DNA of 64,000 bases from a bacterium (GTDB lineage Bacteria; Actinomycetota; Thermoleophilia; Miltoncostaeales; Miltoncostaeaceae), in NCBI GenBank assembly GCA_029977205.1, contig JAPOLI010000001.1:35540-99539 (forward strand). Direction: 5' to 3'. Positions 52,820 through 62,686 of the stretch are shown here, piece after piece. Below the pieces are notes generated by a model, which saw only the letters and a list, made by a program, of their open reading frames with translations, did no database searches and was not told the DNA's origin. The translations under genes were made by a program, and so were the position numbers. The first letter of the stretch is position 1; each line of letters opens with the position of its first letter.

Positions 52820-53628
52820 GCGGCCACCACCCCGGGTGCGGGCAGGCGCGCCAGTTCGCCGGCATCGTGGGCCATCTCGAGGAATCGCTCGAGCCCCGCC
52901 CGCTCCGCATCGCCGAACCCATACCGCAGGCGCCCGAGGTAGTCGCGGATGTATCCCTCGTCGAAGGGGAACCTCTGCGCTGCCGCATGCGCCACGCCCT
53001 CGGGGTTCCGCGCGAATTCCTCGCCACCACGGGCGATGGCGTCGCAGAGCGCGTCGAGCGCGCCGGGACGGGTGACGGCGGCGTCCTCCCGCGCTGCCCA
53101 GACGGCGAACACCATCGGAAGCCCCGTGCGCTCCTGCCAGAGCGCGCCGAGGTCGAGTGAGTAGGGCGCAATCCGGTCGCGGTGTGCCATCAGGGCTGCG
53201 TCGGCGATGAGCAGCACGGCCTCCCCGTCAGCGAGCGCCCCCGCCGCATCGGTATCCGTACGCATCACCCGGAATGTCACATCGGGCCCCATGAGCACGC
53301 GCAGCAGGGTCACGCTGCTGGCGCTGTGCGGGGTCACGGCAACGCGCCGGATCTCATCGAAGGGGACGGGCGCCAGCACGCGGATGGAGTCAACGGCGCC
53401 CTCGCACGCGATGCAGCCCACGGGGAGCATCCGCAGCGCGTCCGCATTCCGCGCATAGGCGATGCTGGACATCGCCGATACGTCGAGGTCGCCCGCGATG
53501 ACGCCTGCGTTGAGCAGCGCGGGCAGCCCGTCGGTGAAGGTGACCCCGGGCAGGCCTGCGTGCTCGAGGTGGTGGTAGACCGGGAACATGTTGAGGGCGC
53601 TGATGCGCCCGACACGCAGGTCGCTCAT
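52816..53628 (-). CDS. mqnA: Chorismate dehydratase (futalosine pathway, MqnA; VitK2-biosynthesis periplasmic-binding-protein fold)
   Basis: LRVGRISALNMFPVYHHL at the N-terminus (MqnA-like, not the SPCPNDT of MqnD), and DLGALWQERTGLPMVFAVWA. The start at M26 forms ATGA with the upstream stop. Confidence 0.8.
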   Translation of the reverse strand: MSDLRVGRISALNMFPVYHHLEHAGLPGVTFTDGLPALLNAGVIAGDLDVSAMSSIAYARNADALRMLPVGCIACEGAVDSIRVLAPVPFDEIRRVAVTPHSASSVTLLRVLMGPDVTFRVMRTDTDAAGALADGEAVLLIADAALMAHRDRIAPYSLDLGALWQERTGLPMVFAVWAAREDAAVTRPGALDALCDAIARGGEEFARNPEGVAHAAAQRFPFDEGYIRDYLGRLRYGFGDAERAGLERFLEMAHDAGELARLPAPGVVAA

Positions 53629-54086
53629 CGCGCCACCGCCCGTGCGCCCACGGCTGCCGCGAGGTGGTCCGGGTCGGCGTCCACGTCCTCGGGAATGGCC
53701 CACTCATCCGCGCCGAAGGATGCCGCCACCTGGCAGGCCTGCTCGCCCAGGGCGGTCCAGTCCGGACGGATTGCCAGGTCGGGGAGCACTCGGCGCGCGA
53801 CGGCCGTGACGAGCAGGTCCTCCGTCCCCCACGAGCCCGGTCGCTCGGCGCTGTCGTCTCCGGGCACGAGCACCACGGCCCTCACGGCATCCGTCCCTCC
53901 GGCGATCTCGAGCAGGCGGTCGGCGATCCCGGCGCTCGTCGTTCCGCGGCCGTAGCGCACCTCCTCCACCCCGACGCCGCGGCCGTCTCCGCGCACCCAG
54001 CCGACCTCATCAGGCACCGGCAGGCCCGCCGCGGCCGCCAGCGGGTCATGCGAGTCGAGCAGCGCGATGATCTCGTCGCGCGTCAT
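53625..54086 (-). CDS. Hypothetical 153-aa protein with local similarity to the C-terminal third of MqnC/MqnE/CofH radical SAM enzymes (no Cys cluster)
   Basis: It has ATGA overlaps at both ends. VRYGRGTTS...EDLLVTAVARRVLPDLAIRPDWTALGEQACQVAASFGADEW aligns with MMYGTVDTV...ADYLMMNAVARLYLDNIPHMQSSWVTQGLRIGMLALEAGCDDMG of the neighbouring 363-aa protein. Confidence 0.55.
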   Translation of the reverse strand: MTRDEIIALLDSHDPLAAAAGLPVPDEVGWVRGDGRGVGVEEVRYGRGTTSAGIADRLLEIAGGTDAVRAVVLVPGDDSAERPGSWGTEDLLVTAVARRVLPDLAIRPDWTALGEQACQVAASFGADEWAIPEDVDADPDHLAAAVGARAVAR

Positions 54087-55054
54087 GCGTAGCGGTCCAC
54101 CACGCCGCCGGCGATGGTGCGAAGCGCGTCCGCATCGGCGCCGCCGATGTCGCCGTCCAGCGCGTCGGTGGCCAGGGCGACCAGGTCAAGTGCACGCTGG
54201 CGCGCCGCGGCGGTGCCTGGATGGCCGGCGAGGTGGTCGCACAGGGCATCGAGGCCCTCGCCCCCGGCGGTGACGCGCCCGATCTCGACCGCGACCGCCG
54301 GATCGTCGGCGATCGCGAGGATCTGGGGGAGGGTGACCGTGCCGCTCAGGATGTCGGTGCCGCGGCGCTTGCCCGTCTCCGACGGCGACCCGGACAGGTC
54401 GAGGATGTCGTCGAGGATCTGGAAGGCGACGCCCACGTGGGTACCGAAGGCTGCCAGGCGCAGTTGCGCTTCCTCCGACGCATCCGAGAGCAGGGCGCCA
54501 AGGCGGCACGCCACCGAGAACAGGGCGCCCGTCTTGCGACGGCACCGCGAGATGTAGGCGTCCACAGTGAGGCCGAGGTCCCCCGCGGCGCGCTGCTGGT
54601 CCATCTCGCCGAGTGCCAGGTCGAGGGAGGCGTCGGCAAGTGCGCTGACGGCGGCGGGGCACCCGATGCGCGTCAGCTCCGCGAAGGCGCGCGCGAAGAG
54701 GAAGTCGCCCACGTTGATGGCAGTCTCCGCGCCGTGCGCCCGCGCCACGGTCGGGCGCCCGCGTCGCGTGGTCGCACCGTCGATCAGGTCGTCGTGCACC
54801 AGGGTTGCCATGTGCACCAGCTCCACCGCGGCCGCCGCCGCGACCAGCGAGGGGCGATCATCCTCGCTGCCGGAGCTCGCGCAGAACACCAGCATCGGTC
54901 GCACGCGCTTTCCGCCCGCCACCAGGGTGTCCATCGCCGGCCCGCTCACCTCCGGCACGTGCCCGCCCGCATACCGCGCGAGCATCTCCTCGCACTGCAC
55001 GAGCCAGGGGCGCAGGGGCTTGACGAATGCGTAGACAGGTGGCGCGGTGCTCAT
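54083..55054 (-). CDS. Long-chain trans-polyprenyl diphosphate synthase (hepta/octaprenyl-type)
   Basis: First DDxxD (LVHDDLID), GKRVRP, second DDxxD (FQILDDILD), and KRRGTD. Confidence 0.9.
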   Translation of the reverse strand: MSTAPPVYAFVKPLRPWLVQCEEMLARYAGGHVPEVSGPAMDTLVAGGKRVRPMLVFCASSGSEDDRPSLVAAAAAVELVHMATLVHDDLIDGATTRRGRPTVARAHGAETAINVGDFLFARAFAELTRIGCPAAVSALADASLDLALGEMDQQRAAGDLGLTVDAYISRCRRKTGALFSVACRLGALLSDASEEAQLRLAAFGTHVGVAFQILDDILDLSGSPSETGKRRGTDILSGTVTLPQILAIADDPAVAVEIGRVTAGGEGLDALCDHLAGHPGTAAARQRALDLVALATDALDGDIGGADADALRTIAGGVVDRYA

Positions 55055-55683
55055 GGCGCGTCCTCACCGGTCGCGATGCGCGGCTCGCCCCACCGGGTGA
55101 ACAGCACGTGATCGATGCGCAGCACGTCGAGTGCCTTGCCCACGACGAAGTCGACGAGGTCGTCGATCGTCTCCGGGCCCGCGTACAGGCCGGGCGATGC
55201 CGGCAGGATCACGCCACCGGCCTCGGTGACGGCCACCATGTTCCGCAGCTGGATGAGCGAGAGCGGTGTCTCGCGCGGGATCAGCACGAGATCGCCGCGC
55301 TCCTTCAGCATCACCTCGGCCACGCGGTGAATCAGGTTGTCCCCGGTGCCGTGCGCGATGCGGCCGAGGGTCGAGGTGGAGCACGGGGCGATGAGCGCAG
55401 CGCGGGCGCCCGAGGATCCGGATGCGAACGAGCACGCGATGTCGTCGTGATCGAGGAGGTCCACCGCGCCCGGGCCTTCGGCGAACCGGTGCACGAAGCG
55501 CTCCCGAACGTCGGCGTAGGACGCGGGCCGCGGGCCCTCCCCGAGGATCTCGTGGCTGATCACGCGTGCGCCCGCATCCGAGATGCACAGGCCCACGTGG
55601 TGGCCTCCCGCGGTGAGCGCGGTGAGGGAACGCGCGCCGTAGAGGGCGCCGCTCGCTCCGGTAACCCCGAGGAAGATCCTCAT
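55051..55683 (-). CDS. ubiX: UbiX-family flavin prenyltransferase
   Basis: MRIFLGVTGASGALYG, ...IAPCSTSTLGRIAHG..DNLI.R.A.V.LKE.R.LVL..RETPL. Starts at M57 of ORF 55051..55851. Confidence 0.9.
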   Translation of the reverse strand: MRIFLGVTGASGALYGARSLTALTAGGHHVGLCISDAGARVISHEILGEGPRPASYADVRERFVHRFAEGPGAVDLLDHDDIACSFASGSSGARAALIAPCSTSTLGRIAHGTGDNLIHRVAEVMLKERGDLVLIPRETPLSLIQLRNMVAVTEAGGVILPASPGLYAGPETIDDLVDFVVGKALDVLRIDHVLFTRWGEPRIATGEDAP

Positions 55684-55710
55684 AGTCCTTCGATCGTAGA
55701 CCCGGTCGGG

Positions 55711-55748
55711 GCCAAAACGGCCGGGGTCCCGCGCATGCGGGACCCCGG
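55711..55748 (-). terminator. Rho-independent terminator-like hairpin downstream of qcrC
   Basis: The minus strand reads CCGGGGTCCCGC-atgc-GCGGGACCCCGG (12-bp stem) followed by CCGUUUUGG. It lies only about 28 nt before the ubiX start, so it may be leaky. Confidence 0.5.
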
Positions 55749-55777
55749 GAGAGACCGTTCGACAGGTGTGGGATGGC

Positions 55778-56515
55778 CTACTTGTACTTCGTTCCCAGCC
55801 CGTTGACGAAGGTGGCGAGGTTCTCGAGGTCCTCCGGCGGGAGCGATGCATAGGAGGGCATCGGCGCCTTCGGCGCCTTGAACCAGGCGATCATCTTGGC
55901 GTTGTCCCAGCCCTTTGCCCCTTCATTCGTGAGGTCGGGGCCCGGTCCGGGTGCTCCGACGCCCGCCACCATGTGGCAGGAACCGCAGCCGTTGGCCATG
56001 TAGACGTCCATGCCCTTGGTCGCCTGCTCGTCGAGGCCGCTCAGCGGGAGGCCCTGCGAGGCGACGCCTGCGGGCGAGTTGGCGCCCATCCAGGTCAGGT
56101 AGCAGAGCAGGCCGGTGACGATGACGGTCATCCCGAGGGCGAACGGGCGCTTCCAGATGCGCCGCTCGGGACCGCGGTCGATGAACGGCCACACCACGAG
56201 CAGGATGATCATGATGTTCGGGACCATGAAGGTCGCCATGATCACCGGGGTCAGCGCGTCCTGGTTCTTGAAGATCTTCAGGAGTTCGAACGCGAAGTAG
56301 AAGTACCACTCGGGACGCGGGACGAAGTCGGTGGTGGCCGGGTTCACCGGCTCGCCGACCTCGGCGCGGACGGTGATCGCAAGGATGATGGTCGCGATCA
56401 CCGTGAGGCCGGCGATGATCGTGTCCTTGTAGATCGCATAGGGGAAGAACGGCTTGCCGGTCTTCTTCGCCTGCGCGTAGTCCTTGTCGTAGGCCTTCTT
56501 GTCGGCGGGCTTCAT
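55778..56515 (-). CDS. qcrC: Menaquinol:cytochrome c reductase subunit IV fused to a mono-haem c-type cytochrome (Bacillus QcrC-type)
   Basis: N-terminal 3-TM cyt b C-terminal-half homologue (PEWYFYFAFELLK) and a C-terminal CGSCH haem-binding motif with a distal Met (APMPSY). Confidence 0.85.
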   Translation of the reverse strand: MKPADKKAYDKDYAQAKKTGKPFFPYAIYKDTIIAGLTVIATIILAITVRAEVGEPVNPATTDFVPRPEWYFYFAFELLKIFKNQDALTPVIMATFMVPNIMIILLVVWPFIDRGPERRIWKRPFALGMTVIVTGLLCYLTWMGANSPAGVASQGLPLSGLDEQATKGMDVYMANGCGSCHMVAGVGAPGPGPDLTNEGAKGWDNAKMIAWFKAPKAPMPSYASLPPEDLENLATFVNGLGTKYK

Positions 56516-57345
56516 CGGGTGGCCTCCTCGGCCTCCACGGGCCAGCTCGCCGGGTAGTTCACGCTGCCCGGCAGGGCCTTGGCCTTCTCACGGGCGGCCG
56601 CCCGTCGCGCGTCCTCCTCATCCCGCTCGATGCGCAGGCGGCGCTTCGACCACGGCGGCTCCGAGATCCCGAGGCGCACGATGAAGTACAGGTGCAGGCC
56701 TATGAAGGTGGCTATTGCCCCGGGTATGACGAGCATATGTATCGAATAGAAGCGCGATAGCGTCGCGGGTCCGAATTCGGGCCCGGCGCGCAGGATGTCG
56801 CCGATGTACGGGCCGAGGATCGGCGCGCTGGCGAAGATGTTCACCGCCACGACCGTCGCCCAGTAGGCCTTCTGGTCCCACACGAGCAGGTAGCCCGTGA
56901 GGCCCATGAACATGGTGAGCAGGAGCAGCATCGCGCCCGTCACCCAGGTCAGTTCACGCGGGTACTTATAGGCGCCCCAGATGAACACGCGCGCCATGTG
57001 CAGGAACACCACGATGATCATCACCGATGCGCCCCACTTGTGCATGCCGCGCACCAGCCAGCCCCACGTCACCTCATTGGTGATGTACTCGATGCTCTTG
57101 TAGGCGCCACCCTGGGTGTCGGGCACGTAGTACATCGCCAGGATGATCCCGGTGATGGCCTGCATCCCGAACACCACCATGGCGGTGAAGCCGAGCGTCT
57201 GGAACCAGCTGGTTCCCTCCGGGATGTTGCGGAAGAGGAACCAACGCGTGCCGGTCTTGACACCCGACCGCTCATCGACGAAGTCGATGGTGGCGTCCGC
57301 GCCCTTCTGGACGGGGTTCTTCGGCCCGATGTCCTTGGTCGTCAC
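56512..57345 (-). CDS. qcrB: Cytochrome b6-type subunit (4-helix, split cytochrome b)
   Basis: WFQTLGF, GWLVRGMHKWGASVMIIVVFLHMARVF, LVWDQKAYWA, and SRFYSIHMLVIP carry the bis-His haem ligands of cyt b/b6. Confidence 0.9.
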   Translation of the reverse strand: MTTKDIGPKNPVQKGADATIDFVDERSGVKTGTRWFLFRNIPEGTSWFQTLGFTAMVVFGMQAITGIILAMYYVPDTQGGAYKSIEYITNEVTWGWLVRGMHKWGASVMIIVVFLHMARVFIWGAYKYPRELTWVTGAMLLLLTMFMGLTGYLLVWDQKAYWATVVAVNIFASAPILGPYIGDILRAGPEFGPATLSRFYSIHMLVIPGAIATFIGLHLYFIVRLGISEPPWSKRRLRIERDEEDARRAAAREKAKALPGSVNYPASWPVEAEEATR

Positions 57346-57354
57346 CGTCGGCTC

Positions 57355-58224
57355 CTACGTGAACGGGTAGAGGTGGGAGAGGGTGCCGGAAACCGGCATG
57401 CCGGGATCATGCAGCGGGAACGGCTGCTGCTCCTGGTCGATGGAGTACGGCTTGCCCACGAGCACCCGGAGGTTCGGGTTGTTGCTCGTGGCGGCGACCT
57501 CCAGCGGGATGCGGTCCTTGCCCGCTTCGATGTCCTGGGGCTCATACATCTTGGTCTGGTCGACGATCTTGATGTCCACGCGGTCCAACGGACGCGGTGG
57601 CGGGCCGCCGGTCACGAGCCCCCGTGAGTTGTAGGCGCCGCCGTGGCACGGGCACACGTAGCCGGCGCTGCCGGGCGAGTACGCCACGGGGCAGCCCAGG
57701 TGGGCGCAGCGGTTCCAGATGGCGAGGAGGTCGAAGTCCTTGGCCCGCAGCGCACTTGCCCAGGCGGCGAACTTCTTGTCGAAGGCCTCGCTGGACTCGT
57801 CCGGTGACGGCTGCGGGCGGGTGGAGGGGTCCTTGAGGCCGTAGACCACGTAGATGCGGCGATCGGCGTCGGACGATGGGCCGGCTACGGCAAGGGACGC
57901 CACCTCGCCGATCTTCGTGGATGGAGTGGGGTTGACGTAGGGCGGCGGGTTCTTGAGGTAGTCACTCGCGGGCCCGATGTCGACCCAGCGGTAATTCTCG
58001 CGCTTGAGCGGGTTGGTGACGGCGAAGCCGACGACCGGCACCATGATGGCGGCTGCCAGGACGCCGGTCCCCGCGAAGGCGGCGTTCGAGAGGAAGCGCG
58101 TCCGGGTGATGTAGCCGGGGTCGTCCGAGTGGTCGGGCTCGGGGGTGACGTCAGCCGCGCGCGGGCCCTGGTAGGGACCGCTCTGCATACCGGGCGCGCC
58201 GTTTCTCGGCTCGTCCTCAGCCAC
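57355..58224 (-). CDS. qcrA: Rieske 2Fe-2S subunit of menaquinol:cytochrome c reductase
   Basis: CAHLGCPV ... CPCHGGAY Rieske boxes. N-terminal TRTRFLSNAAFAG (Tat-like) plus a TM helix. GTG start with GGAGG. Confidence 0.9.
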   Translation of the reverse strand: MAEDEPRNGAPGMQSGPYQGPRAADVTPEPDHSDDPGYITRTRFLSNAAFAGTGVLAAAIMVPVVGFAVTNPLKRENYRWVDIGPASDYLKNPPPYVNPTPSTKIGEVASLAVAGPSSDADRRIYVVYGLKDPSTRPQPSPDESSEAFDKKFAAWASALRAKDFDLLAIWNRCAHLGCPVAYSPGSAGYVCPCHGGAYNSRGLVTGGPPPRPLDRVDIKIVDQTKMYEPQDIEAGKDRIPLEVAATSNNPNLRVLVGKPYSIDQEQQPFPLHDPGMPVSGTLSHLYPFT

Positions 58225-58280
58225 TCCAACCTCCGTCGACGTTCACTTGACCAACGACACTAACCGAGGAGGACCCCGTT

Positions 58281-58332
58281 GGCGCGGAAATCCGCGCCCT
58301 CAGGGGGATATGGGGCCGGTTGTCCCGGCCCC
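58281..58332 (-). terminator. Two GC hairpins between ubiD and qcrA (possible terminator or processing site)
   Basis: ggcgcgga-aa-tccgcgcc (58281-58298) and ggggccgg-ttgtc-ccggcccc (58312-58332). No U-tract. Confidence 0.3.
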
Positions 58333-58354
58333 GCGGGGACGGCCCGCACATCCG

Positions 58355-59800
58355 TCAAGCGCCGGGCAGGCGGATTCCCAGTTCCGCCCATCGTGCGCTC
58401 ACCGCCTCACGCACCTCGTCGCTCATGCGGATCTCCTCCGGCCACGGGCGAACCTGGCCCTCGCCATCCCATTTCGCGGTGGCGTCGAAGCCGATCTTGG
58501 CCCCGTACGCCGGCCATGGTGCGGCGTGGTCGAGGGCGTCGACGGGACCGTCGACCACCAGCACGTCGCGTCGGGGGTCCACGTTGGAGAACGCCCGGAA
58601 TGCCACCTGCGAGACGTCGTGCACGTCGATGTCCTCGTCGACCACGATCACGCAGCGGGTGAGCGACAGCAGGCCGAGGCCCCACACGGCGTTCATGAGT
58701 TTCTTCGCATGGCCGGGGTACCGCTTGCGCACCGACACGATGGCGCAGTTGTGGAAGACCCCCTCGAGCGGGAGATTCATGTCCACCAGATCGGGCACGG
58801 TCATGCGGATCAGTGGCAGGAAGAGCCGCTCGGTGGCCTTGCCGAGCCAGTAGTCCTCCATCGGCGGCATGCCCACGACGGTCGTCGAGTAGATGGCGTC
58901 GCGGCGCATCGTGAGCCCCGTCACGTGGAAGGCCGGGTACTGGTCGACCGGGGTGTAGAAGCCCGTGTGGTCCCCGAACGGCCCCTCATCGCGAATGTCG
59001 GCGGCGTCGACATACCCCTCGAGCACCACCTCGGCGTGCGCGGGCACCTCGATGTCCTGCGTGACGGCCTTCACCATCTCCACCCGGTCACCGCGCAGGA
59101 ACCCCGCGAACATCATCTCGTCCAGCGCGGGCGGCAGCGGCGCGGTGGCCGCGTACGTCACGGCCGGGTCGGTGCCGATCACGACGGCCACCGGCACGCG
59201 GCCATCGGAATCGAGCAGGTGCTGCCTGCCGTCCTTGTGGATCTGCCAGTGCATCATGCAGGTGTTCCGGTCCACCTTCTGCACCCGGTACATGCCGCAG
59301 TTGCGCGTCCCGGTGCGCGGGTCGTTGCTGAAGACCAGCGGCAGGGTGACGAACGGCCCGCCGTCTCCGGGCCAGCACGTGAGGATCGGCAGCCGGTCCA
59401 GGTCCACCTCGTCACCGGTCAGCACCACCTCCTGGCATGCCCCCGACCGCACGCTCTTGGTGCCGAGGGACGCGAGGTCCTTAAGCGTGCCGAGTGCCTT
59501 CACCTTGTCCATCAGGCCCTGCGGCGGCTGCATCTGCGCGATCTGTGCGATGCGCCCCGCGATCTCGTCGAGGCTCGTCCCGCCGAGCGCCATCGCCATC
59601 CGGCGCTCCGACCCGAACTGATTGATCAGCACGGGGAGTTCCGAGCCCCTGACCTTGGTGAACAGCAGGGCGGGACCGCCGGCCTTCATGACGCGGTCGG
59701 AGATCTCCGTGATCTCCAGGTGGGGGTCCACCTCGGCGGCCACCTCCTGGAGCTCGCCGATGCCGCGGAGCGCGGCGATCCACTCGCGCATGTCCTTCAT
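58355..59800 (-). CDS. UbiD-family (prenyl-FMN-dependent) decarboxylase, menaquinone/futalosine-pathway type (SCO4490-like)
   Basis: ITEISDRVMKAGGPALLF, NQFGS.RRMA.ALG, PLVFSNDP.TG.RN.GMYR.Q, and FGDHTGFY are typical of the UbiD family. Confidence 0.9.
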   Translation of the reverse strand: MKDMREWIAALRGIGELQEVAAEVDPHLEITEISDRVMKAGGPALLFTKVRGSELPVLINQFGSERRMAMALGGTSLDEIAGRIAQIAQMQPPQGLMDKVKALGTLKDLASLGTKSVRSGACQEVVLTGDEVDLDRLPILTCWPGDGGPFVTLPLVFSNDPRTGTRNCGMYRVQKVDRNTCMMHWQIHKDGRQHLLDSDGRVPVAVVIGTDPAVTYAATAPLPPALDEMMFAGFLRGDRVEMVKAVTQDIEVPAHAEVVLEGYVDAADIRDEGPFGDHTGFYTPVDQYPAFHVTGLTMRRDAIYSTTVVGMPPMEDYWLGKATERLFLPLIRMTVPDLVDMNLPLEGVFHNCAIVSVRKRYPGHAKKLMNAVWGLGLLSLTRCVIVVDEDIDVHDVSQVAFRAFSNVDPRRDVLVVDGPVDALDHAAPWPAYGAKIGFDATAKWDGEGQVRPWPEEIRMSDEVREAVSARWAELGIRLPGA

Positions 59801-60317
59801 CGGGCCAGGGCCTCCTCGAGCGCGGGCGCCGGGGCCAGGCCCGCGGCGAGGTCATGAATTGGTCCGGGCACGCCCTCGCGCAGCGCGGCGCGTGCGGCGC
59901 GCACGGCGTCCGCCGTCCCGGGCCCGGACTCCGCCGCCATCGCGGCGACGGTGCAACGCCAGAGCGGCACGAGGTCCTCCTCGCGACCGGCGGCGACCGC
60001 CGCGGCCGAGAGGGCGACGAGGTCGCCGAGCGCCTCGACCATGCCGAGGTCCCCGGTTGCCGCGATGCGAACGAGGCCCTGCGCGTAGCAGTAGTCGCCG
60101 GCGAGCACCGCTGCGCCCATCGGCACGTTGTCCACGTGGCGCGGGCGCCCGTGGTGCAGCAGGAAGCCCTCGAGGATCAACTCGATGCCCAGCGCATTCT
60201 CGTGCGGCAGCGGCGGGCTCACGAGCGGCACCAGCACCTCGGCGGCATCGACGGTGCGGCCGGCCAGGGCGGGCTGCTCGGCGAGCACGCTGCTCACGCG
60301 GTCGTCGGTGGCGTCGA

Positions 60318-60321
<4 letters not shown>
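59797..60321 (-). CDS. Hypothetical 174-aa protein; possible degenerate (DDxxD-less) prenyl-diphosphate-synthase-like helical protein
   Basis: It has ATGA overlaps with hemL (upstream) and ubiD (downstream). IELILEGFLLHHGRPRHVDNVPMGAAVLAGDYCYAQGL resembles VELVHMATLVHDDLID...GAETAINVGDFLFARAF of the synthase at 54083..55054, but HHG replaces HDD. Confidence 0.5.
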
Positions 60322-61595
<1,274 letters not shown>

Positions 61596-61600
61596 GGGGA

Positions 61601-62686
61601 TCAGGCCACCGGCAGCGGGGATCCCGCCAGGGCCAGGTCCTCCCACGCGCGGTACTCGGGCGAGTAGTAGCGCAGGCGCACCTTCTTGAACTCGAAGGTC
61701 GAGTAGAGGACCGTGTAGTCGTCGGCGCTGAGCCCGGCCTCGTCCGCGAGCGCGGCGATCGTCTCCTCGCAGGCGTCCTTCGAGCGGGCGTGCACCATGG
61801 TGAAGAGGCTGTAGGGCCAGTCGTCGTACACGGGGCGGCGGTAGCAGTGCGACACCGAGGAGAACGAGGCCATGCGGCTCCCGAAGTCGTCCACCACATC
61901 GGCGGGCACCTTCCACACCGCCATGCCGTTCGCGCCGAACCCGGCCTTGCGGTGGTTCAGCACCGCGGCGAAGCGCCGCATGAGTGTGCGATCGCGCAGC
62001 TCCCGGCCCTTCGCGAGCAGGCGGTCGGTGTCCCATCCCGCGGCCCCCGCCCACTCCGCGAATGGCTCCGGCACCAGCGGCAGGTCCTCCTGGAGGATGA
62101 GGATGGCCTCGCGGTCCTCGTCGCTCGGCGGGTTGCCGTCGCCGCGCTGTGGCGGGGCCACGGGCTCGGCGCGTGCGGTGGTGCCGCGCTCGCCGGTCAT
62201 GTCCAGTTGCACGTTGATCTTGTAGAGCGTCAGGGTGGGGAGGATGCGCATCGAGATCGCGCCGGTCTCGCGCGCCAGGACGTCGAGCACCTCCTCGAGC
62301 GACATCCGCGCATCCGGCTCGACGGCGAGCGTGAACCACATGTTGAAGTGGTGCGTGCGCCGGTAGTTGTGGCTCACCCCCGGGTGCCCGTTGATCACCT
62401 TGGCCGCGTCGAAGAGGAGGTCGTCCGGGTACGCGGCCGCCACGAGGGTGCTCTCGTAGCCCAGCGCGCGCGTGTCGAATATCGCGGACACCTGCCGGAT
62501 GATCCCGGCGGCCTTGAGCACCGCCATGCGCGACAGCACCTCGTCCTCGGATATCCCGACGCGCTCTGCGATGTCGAGGAAGGGCCTGTGGTCCATCGCG
62601 ATCCCGGCCTGCAGTTCGTTCAGGAGCCGCTGGTCCACCTCATCCGGTGCGTGCCGCACCCGGGCGCCGGCCTCGGTCGTGCTCAT
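61601..62686 (-). CDS. Fused two-module Lrp/AsnC-like siroheme decarboxylase homologue (AhbA/AhbB or NirD/NirL-type)
   Basis: Two tandem modules. Module 1: LLNELQAGI....RPF..IAERVGISEDEVL.R...LK.AGIIRQVSAIFD...LGY.STLVA.... Module 2: ILILQEDLPLVPEPFAEWA...LMRRFAAVLNHRKAGFGANGMAVW.... Each is followed by HPGVSHNY / SVSHCY motifs. The start at M7 forms ATGA with the hemB stop. Confidence 0.8.
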   Translation of the reverse strand: MSTTEAGARVRHAPDEVDQRLLNELQAGIAMDHRPFLDIAERVGISEDEVLSRMAVLKAAGIIRQVSAIFDTRALGYESTLVAAAYPDDLLFDAAKVINGHPGVSHNYRRTHHFNMWFTLAVEPDARMSLEEVLDVLARETGAISMRILPTLTLYKINVQLDMTGERGTTARAEPVAPPQRGDGNPPSDEDREAILILQEDLPLVPEPFAEWAGAAGWDTDRLLAKGRELRDRTLMRRFAAVLNHRKAGFGANGMAVWKVPADVVDDFGSRMASFSSVSHCYRRPVYDDWPYSLFTMVHARSKDACEETIAALADEAGLSADDYTVLYSTFEFKKVRLRYYSPEYRAWEDLALAGSPLPVA

